Shown: piece by piece, positions 19,353 to 29,190 of the stretch
Layout of the letters: every line of letters starts with the position of its first letter
Numbering within the stretch: the first letter of the stretch is position 1
Source: an uncultured Alphaproteobacteria bacterium
GTDB lineage: Bacteria; Pseudomonadota; Alphaproteobacteria; Rs-D84
Length of the DNA stretch: 64,000 nucleotides
Assembly (NCBI GenBank): GCA_944392775.1
Contig: CALXXV010000003.1
Span: forward strand, 61,279 to 125,278
Direction of reading: 5' to 3'
The notes under the pieces: model-generated
Databases searched by the model: none
What the model was told of the DNA's origin: nothing
Seen by the model: the letters and a program-made list of their open reading frames with translations, nothing else
Translations under genes and position numbers: made by a program

Positions 19353-20498
19353 ATGTCACTTTGTCGGATGTTTTTTTATAAAAAAATATGCCGTAATAAC
19401 CCTTGGGCCCAAGAAGATATTTTTTATATTTTGTTTGGCATATTTCGTTTAAAAAAAACATCCCTAGGTGGCAAAGATTTGCGCCTACTGGGAATAAGAA
19501 TTTTTGTACAAAAAATACAATGCCATTATAAAATAACAAAATTTTTTGGGATCACATTTTATAGACAAAATTTACAAAAAAAACTTTTAAAAAAAATATT
19601 TAAAAAATTACCAAAACAATTTAAAGATATTTATATCATACGCCACAATATAGGAGAAAGTTATATATATCTTACCCATTTAAAAGCTTGGATTTCAGCA
19701 AACAAAAGTAAAAAACCATTACTCGTAATATGGCAAAAAAAATATAAGTCCTTTTATAAAATGTTTGCAGACAAACAAATCGCTATGAAGTACATAGATA
19801 TAAAACAAAACGATATTCAATCTGCTCTGGATTCTGAAATAATACATTACAAAGGAAGAACTATATTTTGCCCTACTCCAAATATAGGGAATGCTATAAA
19901 TTCATTATTTGAAAAAGATGAAAAAACAAATTTTTATTCTTACATCTGTAAAGATTTTAATCTAACTAAAAAAGCCAATATACAAAAGCCTAAAAATTCC
20001 TATAAAACCGATAGCCTAATAAATAATAAAATTAAAAAACATATAAAACTGCCATTTGTAATAATACTGCCTTTCGCAAAATCTTTATCGGAATTGTCGG
20101 AAGATTTTTGGACAAGATTAGTATCGGAATTTAAGAAAAAAGGTTACGATGTATTCATAAACGGAAATACAACGACTTTATCAGAACGACTTAAAGAAAA
20201 TACCGTAAATTTTAAAACAGATCTTTCAGAAATATTTGCCTTAGCAAAAAAATCCTCTGGGATCATAGGTCTTGCTTCGGGTTTATCTGTATTTTTAACA
20301 GCAAGTAATCGCCCAATGGATTTAATATACACTCAATTTAAAGTTTTTGAACCGCAAATATCATCTGGACAAGTTATGAAATTATATTCCGTTCATCACT
20401 TACCTAATGTAAAAGGAAACGTTAGAGAGTACGACATACAAAAATATTCAGAATCACAATTAATAAACAAAATTATCAAAAACTATAAAAAACAATAA
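19353..20498 (+). CDS. Hypothetical Lys-rich protein in the glycan cluster (possible glycosyltransferase). N-terminal ~100 codons are low-complexity and contain A8/T8 tracts, so the true start is uncertain
   Basis: Context. Homopolymer tracts at 19373-19395, 19448-19456, 19575-19610. Confidence 0.3.
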   Translation: MSLCRMFFYKKICRNNPWAQEDIFYILFGIFRLKKTSLGGKDLRLLGIRIFVQKIQCHYKITKFFGITFYRQNLQKKLLKKIFKKLPKQFKDIYIIRHNIGESYIYLTHLKAWISANKSKKPLLVIWQKKYKSFYKMFADKQIAMKYIDIKQNDIQSALDSEIIHYKGRTIFCPTPNIGNAINSLFEKDEKTNFYSYICKDFNLTKKANIQKPKNSYKTDSLINNKIKKHIKLPFVIILPFAKSLSELSEDFWTRLVSEFKKKGYDVFINGNTTTLSERLKENTVNFKTDLSEIFALAKKSSGIIGLASGLSVFLTASNRPMDLIYTQFKVFEPQISSGQVMKLYSVHHLPNVKGNVREYDIQKYSESQLINKIIKNYKKQ

Positions 20499-20513
20499 AA
20501 GTCAGGTCTTTCT

Positions 20514-22298
20514 ATGAAAACACCTAATAAAATAAAAAATCGCATAGCAAATAATATGTTTGTAAAAAATTACAAACGTATGTGGCCGTACATAAAACCA
20601 TATTGGTTTCCTGGTTTAATGTCATTAGTAATAACTATTCCTATAGGATCTTTGGATGCAGTAATTGCTTTGTCATTAAAACCTTACATGGATTTAGTTA
20701 TGGTTGAAAAATCGGTACAAACTGCGTGGTATATACCACTTGCCATAATAGCTTTTACCTGTATTCAAGGCGGGTTAACTTATGCCGCAAATTATTTAAA
20801 TACGTGGGTCGGTGCAAAAATAACAAACTTGTTAAAACTTGACCTTTATAAAAAAATGTTAGATTTTGAAACAAACTTCTTTAATACAAGAAATTCAGGC
20901 GACATAATATTTATGTTCAATAATAACGCAGATCTAGCCTGCGCAGGTCTGCTTACAAATCTTAAAAACTTTGTACAAAAACTATTTACAGCAATATTTC
21001 TTATCGCGGTATTGTTTTATAATTCTTGGCAACTTGCTTTTTTATGCGTTGCTATTCTAATAGGTGCGTTTTTACCAATGAGTTCTCTTAGAAAAAAAAT
21101 AGACTCGGTAATGAGTCAATCTATTGCGGCAGACGCAGCATTATTAACGGCATATAACGAATCTTATTCTGGAAACAAAACTGTAATATCTTATAACCTG
21201 TCCGAACACCAAAAAGGAAAATTTAATAACGTTCTTGATGGCGTTTTTCGCCTAAAAATAAAAATGTTACAAAAAACCAGATGGCTTACCCCTGTAATGC
21301 ATGTAATTCTTTCCGTTGGTATCGGTTTATCAATTTGGTTCGGGTCTTTCTTGATATTAAATGGAGAAATCTCAGCCGGTAATTTTGTATCTTTTTTAAC
21401 CGCACTTGTCATGCTTTATACCCCTATGAAAAGTATAGGATCAAATTATAATTCTGTTTTAATGTCTTTTATGGCAATAGATAGGGTATTTGACATATTA
21501 AATACTACCCCTGCAATAACGGATAAACCAAACGCTAAAGAAATGCCAAAACACCATAAAACAATAGAATTTAAAAACATAGGCTTTGAATACACACATA
21601 ATGTTCCCGTTCTTAAATCAATAAACCTTACGGTAAGACAGGGCGAAACTATTGCATTAGTTGGAAATTCTGGTGGCGGGAAAACAACACTTGTAAATTT
21701 ATTACCACGCTTCTATGACGTTACAAATGGTCAAATTTGCATTGACGGTACAGATATAAGAGATTTTACCTTGCAATCATTACGACAAAATATAGGGGTC
21801 GTATTTCAAGACAATTTCTTATTTGCAGGAACAATCCGAGAAAACATTATGCTGGGGAACAAAAACGCAACAGAAGAAGAATTAAACAACGCAGTAAAGA
21901 TGGCATATCTTGATAACTTCGTTTCTAGTTTAAAAGACGGTCTAGACACAGAAATTGGTGAACGTGGTATATTGCTATCAGGCGGCCAAAAACAAAGAGT
22001 TGCAATTGCTAGGGCTTTTTTAAAAAACGCCCCTATATTAGTATTAGATGAAGCAACATCCGCACTTGATAATCGCGCAGAGTCGGTTGTTCAAAAAGCA
22101 ATAGAAAACCTGATGCACGACAAAACAGTGTTTGTAATTGCTCACAGATTATCAACGATCAGAAACGCATCAAAAATAGTTGTTATAAATAACGGAGAAA
22201 TAGTAGAAACAGGAACCCATGAAGAACTTATAAACCTAAAATGTGGCGCATATAAAACTTTATACGACATGCAATTCAAAGACAATGATAGAAAATAG
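20514..22298 (+). CDS. ABC transporter, fused permease-ATPase (MsbA-like lipid/glycolipid exporter)
   Basis: Six-TM N-terminus. Walker A GNSGGGKTT, signature LSGGQKQRVAIARA, Walker B ILVLDEATSALD. Confidence 0.8.
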   Translation: MKTPNKIKNRIANNMFVKNYKRMWPYIKPYWFPGLMSLVITIPIGSLDAVIALSLKPYMDLVMVEKSVQTAWYIPLAIIAFTCIQGGLTYAANYLNTWVGAKITNLLKLDLYKKMLDFETNFFNTRNSGDIIFMFNNNADLACAGLLTNLKNFVQKLFTAIFLIAVLFYNSWQLAFLCVAILIGAFLPMSSLRKKIDSVMSQSIAADAALLTAYNESYSGNKTVISYNLSEHQKGKFNNVLDGVFRLKIKMLQKTRWLTPVMHVILSVGIGLSIWFGSFLILNGEISAGNFVSFLTALVMLYTPMKSIGSNYNSVLMSFMAIDRVFDILNTTPAITDKPNAKEMPKHHKTIEFKNIGFEYTHNVPVLKSINLTVRQGETIALVGNSGGGKTTLVNLLPRFYDVTNGQICIDGTDIRDFTLQSLRQNIGVVFQDNFLFAGTIRENIMLGNKNATEEELNNAVKMAYLDNFVSSLKDGLDTEIGERGILLSGGQKQRVAIARAFLKNAPILVLDEATSALDNRAESVVQKAIENLMHDKTVFVIAHRLSTIRNASKIVVINNGEIVETGTHEELINLKCGAYKTLYDMQFKDNDRK

Positions 22299-22304
22299 TA
22301 TGTT

Positions 22305-23327
22305 TTATTTTTGATATAAATTCCACAGGTAATCAAACTGCTTGGTAAAGGCTTTATCTTCTTGCTCAAAAAACATACAATTTTCTGCGTTTGATTCCGT
22401 CGCACTTTCTGTCCAGTTATAGCTACCGCTTTCTATTCTTTTTCCGTCAAATACAGCAAACTTATTATGCATTATCTTATGACCAGTATTTGTTATAACA
22501 GGAATTCCAGCTGATTCAATTTCATCAACCAACGAATACTTGCCTTTTGATTGCAACCTATCTGTAATTACTCTTATTTTTGCGCCACGTTCTTTGGCAT
22601 CTATTATCGCATCAACTATATTCTGGTTGGTGATAGAATATACTGCAATGTCTATCTTCTTTGCCTGATTGATTTCGGCAATTATATTATTTTCACATTC
22701 GGAACCTGGGGTAAAGTAAATTTCTATCCACTTTTTATCAGAAACAGCAGCGACAGGATCTTGTATATAATCGGTTTCAATCTCTTTATTATCCTTACCG
22801 AACAATTTTTTCCAGAAAGAAACTTTATCATCGTTTTTTATTTTCAACCCCAGCGTATCATATACCTGACGTTCAAAATCACTTCCTTTTTGTGCAATTA
22901 ACAATAAAATTTCTTCGTCGTCCTTTCTGGCGATTACCAAAGTATCACCGGCATACGCTGCCCGCATAACATCGTTTTTACGATAGTATAATTTATACTT
23001 ACGATTTCCATTTAATGATTTCGGTGTATAATAATACCAAGTTGTTTCACCCTCATGTTCAATTTCTTTATCACCTTTATACACAAACTGGGTATCATAA
23101 TAAACTTTATCAGCTCCAAGTACATTTATAAGTGCTTTAGTCCCTTGAATTTCTACGCTGGTACTATTATTGCCTTTATACAAAGAATCATTCTTTGCAA
23201 GCGTTTTTACCGCAATGGTTGAATATTTCGCTAAATCTGAAACATTAAAAGCCAAAACTTGTACGGGAATTAAAAACAAAAAAATTCCCATAGACAATTT
23301 CACGAAAAATCGTCCGACTATTTTCAT
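22305..23327 (-). CDS. Secreted phospholipase-D-superfamily protein with a single HKD motif (Nuc-like nuclease or PLD)
   Basis: HNKFAVFDG...GSYNWT HKD motif. N-terminal hydrophobic signal. Confidence 0.6.
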   Translation of the reverse strand: MKIVGRFFVKLSMGIFLFLIPVQVLAFNVSDLAKYSTIAVKTLAKNDSLYKGNNSTSVEIQGTKALINVLGADKVYYDTQFVYKGDKEIEHEGETTWYYYTPKSLNGNRKYKLYYRKNDVMRAAYAGDTLVIARKDDEEILLLIAQKGSDFERQVYDTLGLKIKNDDKVSFWKKLFGKDNKEIETDYIQDPVAAVSDKKWIEIYFTPGSECENNIIAEINQAKKIDIAVYSITNQNIVDAIIDAKERGAKIRVITDRLQSKGKYSLVDEIESAGIPVITNTGHKIMHNKFAVFDGKRIESGSYNWTESATESNAENCMFFEQEDKAFTKQFDYLWNLYQK

Positions 23328-23349
23328 ATACTGTATTATTTTACACAAA

Positions 23350-24228
23350 TCACATATTTTGCAAGTGCAAAAGAACTTGTTCGGACACCAAACGGACGCA
23401 ATCAGGTATTATGCCATTACCAAGTTGTTTTCTTATTCGTGACGACGATAAATCTTCGGGGAATACAAACGTATCCGGCAACCCCATTACTTTTTTCGTT
23501 TCCGATAGTGTTATTTCATGTTCAATGCCATCAACCAAATAAGACATCCAATTATAAGGTTCTTTATATCTTTTATGGTTATGCGCCGTTAATATCGTAT
23601 ATCCAACATCTCTATTACAAGTTTTGCAATTAAAAACATCATGCATAGTAAATTTTAATGGTACGGGGTCTGGAAACCTAAACGTACTGGTTTCCTGATT
23701 TTCACCCAGAAACCCAACCATAAAGACCCGTTGTCTTATTTGCGGTATGCCACAATCACAACCTTTGATTACTTTATAATGAAACGAATAACCGGCGTTT
23801 CTAAACAAGTCGTGAATTATGCGAAAACTTCTGCCTCCTTCTGCCGTCAGCAATCCTTTTACATTTTCTAAAATAAACGCTTTTGGCATGCATTGTTTTA
23901 TTATATTCAAGACATAAAAGAACATATTACCTTTATCGTCTTTGTCGTCTTTCAGACCTTTACGAAGTCCAGCCATAGAAAACGACTGGCACGGCGGACT
24001 GCCGACCAAGATATCAAATTCGGGAATATCACTTGGATTAAGCTCACGAATATCCGTTGGATAATTATTATTTCTAACGCAAGGCAGGTCTGGAAAGTTT
24101 GCAAGAAAGGTCTGACGGGCATATTTATCAATTTCGCACGATAAAACATTTTCCATTGGCAAGTCTTGCAGTCCCAGTTCCCAGCCACCGATACCAGAAA
24201 ACAAGTTTATATATTTATATTTTTGCAT
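23350..24228 (-). CDS. DNA (cytosine-5)-methyltransferase (orphan; no cognate REase evident)
   Basis: INLFSGIGGWELG, GSPPCQSFSMAG, ENVKGL. Start adjusted to MQKYKY with RBS AAGGAG. Confidence 0.8.
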   Translation of the reverse strand: MQKYKYINLFSGIGGWELGLQDLPMENVLSCEIDKYARQTFLANFPDLPCVRNNNYPTDIRELNPSDIPEFDILVGSPPCQSFSMAGLRKGLKDDKDDKGNMFFYVLNIIKQCMPKAFILENVKGLLTAEGGRSFRIIHDLFRNAGYSFHYKVIKGCDCGIPQIRQRVFMVGFLGENQETSTFRFPDPVPLKFTMHDVFNCKTCNRDVGYTILTAHNHKRYKEPYNWMSYLVDGIEHEITLSETKKVMGLPDTFVFPEDLSSSRIRKQLGNGIIPDCVRLVSEQVLLHLQNM

Positions 24229-24369
24229 GAAGGCTCCTTGAGAATAAAAAAGCCCGCTATAAAACGCAGGCAAAGAAAAAACGGGCGACAATGCCGTCCG
24301 TTTTATGCAAATCAGTATATCATATTTTTTATAAAAAATCAAACAAAAAACAAAAAACCGCAGAAGTCT

Positions 24370-24445
24370 GCGGCTTTATTCTGGTGGGGACACAGGGACT
24401 CGAACCCTGGACCCAATGATTAAAAGTCATTTGCTCTACCAACTG
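24370..24445 (-). tRNA. tRNA-Lys (anticodon TTT)
   Basis: Reverse complement folds as a cloverleaf: acceptor GGGGACA/TGTCCCC, anticodon stem AATGA/TCATT with loop CTTTTAA, T-arm CAGGG-TTCGAGT-CCCTG, CCA encoded. Confidence 0.8.
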
Positions 24446-24494
24446 AGCTATGTCCCCAAAACTGAACCGGAAACAAAATACTTTAAAAGTATCT
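24446..24494. terminator. Long near-perfect hairpin CTGAACCGGAAA...TTTCCG(T)GGTTCAG with an internal palindrome ATACTTTAAAAGTAT. Probable bidirectional terminator between the membrane-protein gene and tRNA-Lys
   Basis: Direct reading. Flanked by A/T runs. Confidence 0.45.
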
Positions 24495-24572
24495 TATTTC
24501 CGTGGTTCAGGGGCAATTTTGACACAAAAAAATATAAATTGCAAGAAAAAATAATACTTTTTTACATTTTTA

Positions 24573-25238
24573 TTATAAATCGTCAGGACTATCTTCTGAA
24601 ACATTGTTTTCAACACCAATAGGCTCAGAAGCAGTTACATCTTGCCACTCCACTATTTTAGATATTATGTTCTTGACATGTTTGGCCACAATTGTTTTAT
24701 CCCTGCGAAAATTATGTTCGGTCATCAAATGCGATATTTCCCGACTTAACGAAGACAATATTTGTTCTTGTTCACCGGTTAAAACATTGCCTTTGCTTGC
24801 ATGATATATTATCTCGTCTATCTCATACCGATATGCACGCAAGTTATTTATCTCGGATCTGGTTATTTTTAAACGAGACGATATCTTTTTTAAAGACCAA
24901 TCTTGAAGTTTATTAAACGCTTCTAAGCGAACATTTACCTTTAAACCCAATGAGTGACGCAAGAAAAACACCATATTTAATATTACAGAATTTAATTTAT
25001 CAGAAATATTACTTGCAAGGCTTCGATTTACCTGACGCGAAATTCTATAATTCGTATAATCATACAACAAGAAAACCAGCGGGATTGATAGCAAAGACGC
25101 AGCAATATTATCTATTAAACCGCTGACATTAGGATCCCTTACTTTATCCAACGATATTAAAAATAAAGTAATGCCACCTATTACAGATAATAAATATGGA
25201 ATTGTTTTTAACAAAAGATTTTTCAGCATAGTATTCAT
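24573..25238 (-). CDS. Hypothetical membrane protein
   Basis: N-terminal TM helices. ORF. Confidence 0.45.
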   Translation of the reverse strand: MNTMLKNLLLKTIPYLLSVIGGITLFLISLDKVRDPNVSGLIDNIAASLLSIPLVFLLYDYTNYRISRQVNRSLASNISDKLNSVILNMVFFLRHSLGLKVNVRLEAFNKLQDWSLKKISSRLKITRSEINNLRAYRYEIDEIIYHASKGNVLTGEQEQILSSLSREISHLMTEHNFRRDKTIVAKHVKNIISKIVEWQDVTASEPIGVENNVSEDSPDDL

Positions 25239-25302
25239 GCTGATATTTTAATAAAAAACATTGCTTTTTTATATAAGAACCCTTACCTATTTTTATATCA
25301 TA

Positions 25303-26547
25303 TTATTTACTTGCGGGTCGTAAAGCTTTAAAGCTTTCATCTTCTATATCAACTTCATTTGGAATACGAGAACATTTATCTTTAACAAACATCATTGCCC
25401 ATATTCCTGTTAAGAATAATAATGTCCCAGCAAAAAAGGTACCGTATGACCAACTGCCTAAAGATCCGCCTAAACCTATTAATAAACTCATAAATATATA
25501 AGTTAAATTATCGCCCATGCTATATAAAGATAATATCACAGGTCTGTATAACGTTGGTGTAAAATTTTGTAACCTTGCATATAATAATACAAATAACATA
25601 TTACGCAAAACATATACAAAACCAAGGAAAAACAAAGCAGGAATAGAATAAAACAATGAAAACATTATTAAGCTAATACCTAAAACACATATGGCCGTAT
25701 ATAAAACCCAATCTTTAACCTTAATAAAAAGATACGCAAATTTTTGCCCCAAGAAAGAACACCCTAAACAAAAAAATACTATTCCTCCGACATACTCTAC
25801 AGGTATACCAATTTCTAATCCGATAAGGCTTAAATAATCATCTAGATAAGCAAAATTTACCGTTGCCCATAATACAATAGCTAACATAAATATACATGGA
25901 GTCTTTTTGCAAACTTTATAGACCGTTTTAAAAAAAGATAAAGAATGTATTTTTTGTACATTTACTTTTCTTTTGTTATTTTTACGTTTTGTTTTAATGG
26001 CTGTTATAAATAAAGTTGATATAAATAATGCAATAACAGAAAATAATGTAACCCAGCCATAACCCAAAAACATCAGCAAAGATCCAGAAGCAGCAAAGGC
26101 AACAGCAACTGATTGTATACTATATACATTACCCAATATTTTTGCATAAATATCTTGACGTCCCCTAGCCTTCAGCTCATCATAAACCAATGTTTGAAAT
26201 GACACATTATATATTGCCGTTTGAGTTCCCCACAAAAACATACCTATTGCAAAACCTATATAATTTGGGAAAAAGACCCATAAAATGAAAGCAACTGCCT
26301 TTAAAAACTGTCCAAAAATTATTGAATATTTATGACCTATTTTATTAGCTAACCACGTTACAGGTATTTGCACACCAACTATACCTATAGAAAAAATAAT
26401 GAACAAAGACGAAATCTGCATATCTGTCATGCCATTATTTTGCATGAACACAGAATAAACCGGTGCCAATAATAACATTTTATTAAAAAAAGCGAAGCCA
26501 TATATACAAGATAGGAAATATTTTATAGACCCTTTCACTTTTTTCAT
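25303..26547 (-). CDS. MFS-type transporter
   Basis: About 12 predicted TM segments, MFS-like layout. Confidence 0.6.
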   Translation of the reverse strand: MKKVKGSIKYFLSCIYGFAFFNKMLLLAPVYSVFMQNNGMTDMQISSLFIIFSIGIVGVQIPVTWLANKIGHKYSIIFGQFLKAVAFILWVFFPNYIGFAIGMFLWGTQTAIYNVSFQTLVYDELKARGRQDIYAKILGNVYSIQSVAVAFAASGSLLMFLGYGWVTLFSVIALFISTLFITAIKTKRKNNKRKVNVQKIHSLSFFKTVYKVCKKTPCIFMLAIVLWATVNFAYLDDYLSLIGLEIGIPVEYVGGIVFFCLGCSFLGQKFAYLFIKVKDWVLYTAICVLGISLIMFSLFYSIPALFFLGFVYVLRNMLFVLLYARLQNFTPTLYRPVILSLYSMGDNLTYIFMSLLIGLGGSLGSWSYGTFFAGTLLFLTGIWAMMFVKDKCSRIPNEVDIEDESFKALRPASK

Positions 26548-26619
26548 AACCCGTCCTTACACAAACAAAAATTGTTTATAGATTATAAACTAAGCATATC
26601 ATTATTTGTACTAAAAATA

Positions 26620-26648
26620 TTGAATTTTTTGTCAAAAAGTGTTATAAT
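26620..26648 (+). promoter_or_regulatory. Sigma70-like promoter TTGAAT-N17-TGnTATAAT
   Basis: TTGAAT 26620-26625, extended -10 gtgtTATAAT 26643-26648. Lies 4 nt upstream of the 812-aa ORF. Confidence 0.5.
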
Positions 26649-26651
26649 TAT

Positions 26652-29090
26652 TTGGGTATAAAGCAACAGAGGTTTCTGATGGCAGATGTAAATATGAACG
26701 ATTTTCTTTTGCAATATTATATGCAGTTGCATTTCAATGCAATGCCACCTGAAATCTTTGCTAAATATCAAGATTATGTAAAAGCAGATGACTTCCGTGG
26801 TAATATGAAAGACTGGAAGTCAAAATTAATGCATCAAGACAATAGTGGTAAATGGGTAAAAAATGGCCTACCTGATCCAAATGATGCAAACGGGAATTTC
26901 CATCTGACTGATGATGAATGGAAAAAATTATTTAATGCCTTCCAAGGCGCTATGCGCAGTATGTCTGCCAATACAAAAAGTTTCGCAGAAAACGCCAAGG
27001 CAAATGCTTTCCTTGAAGAATATTTTGGTGACCCTGCAACCCACCTTTTCTCGAACGGAACCGCAAATCAGACTGCAGAAGCACAAATTCAAGTCCTGAA
27101 AAATTTGCTGTCTGATAACAATTTTCGATCAACTTTAAATTTCTATATAAAAGATCTTTTAAAAGAAGCAGAAATTTCTTACTCTGATTTATTGAGTGGT
27201 ATTAATTCTAAAAAATATAATACTGACCCTAAATTCCAAACAACTTTAAAACAAGTTGCAAGTTATATGAACTATTATGTTCATAACGACCAAAATTTAG
27301 CCACCTCACCTTATGGTTCACAAGATTTTTCAGCAATTGAATCTGGTTTTGACGATACAACCGTTCCACAAAACAAACTTGATTACTTTAAAAGAAATTA
27401 TAAAACGCTTTTAAATACTCTGCATAACGATTCCAAAGTTTATGAAGTATTTAAAAGTTTTGACAAAGGTAAAATCTCTAAATCTTTAGATGCAGCATTA
27501 AGCAAAGTAGATTATGCAAATAAAGATAGCAAAGATTATGTCCCTCCAAAACGCAGTGACGAATTAACCCCATGGCAACACTTACAAGGTGAAATAAGCG
27601 ACACCCTAGAAGATTACATGGGAAAATATATTCATCTGCGTGGTGATAGATTATATTTTTCTGATTCAGCAAAACTAATTATAAAAGCAATTGACGGAAC
27701 AAAATTTAAACCAACTGACGGTATTGCCAAAGTATTAGAAAACACGGGAAAAATAAAAGAAAACTTACTTTATAAATCCCCACGTGCCACAGACCATTTT
27801 GATTGGTTTTCTAAAACGTTGGGCGAATTAAAATCCACTATGCCCAAGGCTTTTGAAGGTGCTTTAAAAAATGCACGCCAAATGAAAGCGCTGATAGAAG
27901 AAATGATTATCAAAGCAGTCCGCGAAAATAAAATAGATGAAGCAAAAACTGCTATGGAAGTTCTATCCGTAATTAAGTACGGCTATACAACCAGTAAAAT
28001 TATGGACGCCTTTAGCAAAGAACAATTAACAATTTTCTCTGACGGTGGATTGTCTTGGAATAAAAATGAAGGGGTAAAATTTGTTACAACGGCTATGGAC
28101 AAAAGCATAAAATCCGCATTTATGGGTGTTGGTTATGCTATTACTATGGCAGGAAATGCATACAAACTATCTGGCAGTAAATTTAACGGAAAAACAAACC
28201 GCATAAAAAGCCAAAGGGATGCATGGCTTAATGACAATGCCACAAGATTGCAAGTTGCAACACAAAAACGAGATACAGAAAATCAAATTGATATAGCAGA
28301 CCGAAGCAATCAAGAAGCTATACTACAAGGTACCGGCATAACCGACCAAACAATAGCCCAAGAAAAACAAAACCTTGAAACTTTAAAACAAGATGCAGAA
28401 CAAAAACACTCTGCTTTAGAAAATGCTTCGACAACTTATAATAATGCAAAAAATCTTATCGATGAAGATGCATCTTATACTGCACAAATAAATCAATTAA
28501 ATGCTGATATGCAAAAAATTGCTGCAGATATAGCACAAATAGATAATGATTTACGAAATCCTAATACTTTTGCAGGAATACCGCCTGCTGTTGCAAATGC
28601 GCTTGCAAATGACCTAATAAAGCAAAAGCGCGACAAACAAAACCTTGGTCAAAAGAAATTAAAACAAGCACAAGATTTAAGAAATCAACAAATGCAAATT
28701 AATCCGCAAGCCTTAGCAAATGCACATGCTAATATCGGACAATATCAACAAAATTTTGTAAACGCAGAAAGAGATTATAATACTGTACAAGCAAGCTCAG
28801 ATGATTTAAGTACAAAAATAAATGATTTTACACTTGCGTCAAGCCGTATAAAAGAACTTAACGACAGAATAAACAAAAGAAATGAAGAGGTTTCAAACTG
28901 GGATAATAACAATAAAGATAAATATAAAGAACTTATGGCATACTGGGACTTCTTAGAATCTGGTCGGGATTCTCATACAGGCAAAATGTATTCTTGGATG
29001 CTGGGCAGCGCAAAGAAAAAGCAAGCAAAATTTGACGCGAATAAAATTGCTCAACTTCAGGCGTATATGTCTAATTATAATGTTGCTTGA
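26652..29090 (+). CDS. Large hypothetical protein (812 aa) with a coiled-coil-rich, Q/N-rich C-terminal half; effector-like
   Basis: Long ORF with own promoter and terminator. No recognisable enzymatic motif. Confidence 0.5.
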   Translation: MGIKQQRFLMADVNMNDFLLQYYMQLHFNAMPPEIFAKYQDYVKADDFRGNMKDWKSKLMHQDNSGKWVKNGLPDPNDANGNFHLTDDEWKKLFNAFQGAMRSMSANTKSFAENAKANAFLEEYFGDPATHLFSNGTANQTAEAQIQVLKNLLSDNNFRSTLNFYIKDLLKEAEISYSDLLSGINSKKYNTDPKFQTTLKQVASYMNYYVHNDQNLATSPYGSQDFSAIESGFDDTTVPQNKLDYFKRNYKTLLNTLHNDSKVYEVFKSFDKGKISKSLDAALSKVDYANKDSKDYVPPKRSDELTPWQHLQGEISDTLEDYMGKYIHLRGDRLYFSDSAKLIIKAIDGTKFKPTDGIAKVLENTGKIKENLLYKSPRATDHFDWFSKTLGELKSTMPKAFEGALKNARQMKALIEEMIIKAVRENKIDEAKTAMEVLSVIKYGYTTSKIMDAFSKEQLTIFSDGGLSWNKNEGVKFVTTAMDKSIKSAFMGVGYAITMAGNAYKLSGSKFNGKTNRIKSQRDAWLNDNATRLQVATQKRDTENQIDIADRSNQEAILQGTGITDQTIAQEKQNLETLKQDAEQKHSALENASTTYNNAKNLIDEDASYTAQINQLNADMQKIAADIAQIDNDLRNPNTFAGIPPAVANALANDLIKQKRDKQNLGQKKLKQAQDLRNQQMQINPQALANAHANIGQYQQNFVNAERDYNTVQASSDDLSTKINDFTLASSRIKELNDRINKRNEEVSNWDNNNKDKYKELMAYWDFLESGRDSHTGKMYSWMLGSAKKKQAKFDANKIAQLQAYMSNYNVA

Positions 29091-29130
29091 TTTTTTGGTG
29101 CTTTTATGTTATAATCACATGCATGATTTA

Positions 29131-29160
29131 ACCGCCATTCTGGCGGTTTTCTTTTTTCTT
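29131..29160 (+). terminator. Rho-independent terminator ACCGCCA-TTC-TGGCGGT followed by TTTCTTTTTTCTT
   Basis: 7-bp GC stem plus U-rich tail, 40 nt after the stop of the 812-aa ORF. Confidence 0.65.
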
Positions 29161-29190
29161 AAAATCAACTATCAACTAAAGGATTTTATT

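Noticed and set aside
22305-24228. PLD-family protein as the restriction endonuclease partner of the adjacent Dcm (BfiI-like Type II pair)
   Set aside because: Strong N-terminal hydrophobic signal predicts export; a REase would be cytoplasmic. Kept as a low-interest finding rather than annotated as R-M
26600-26645. TTGTCA at 26629 as the -35 element
   Set aside because: Spacing to TATAAT would be only 9 nt. TTGAAT at 26620 gives the canonical 17-nt spacer
29087-29115. TTGATT-N17-TGnTATAAT at 29087-29115 as the promoter for the Mtd_N-like gene
   Set aside because: It lies upstream of the strong intrinsic terminator at 29131-29160 and partly inside the preceding ORF. It could be an attenuated leader, but is equally likely to be coincidental in AT-rich DNA
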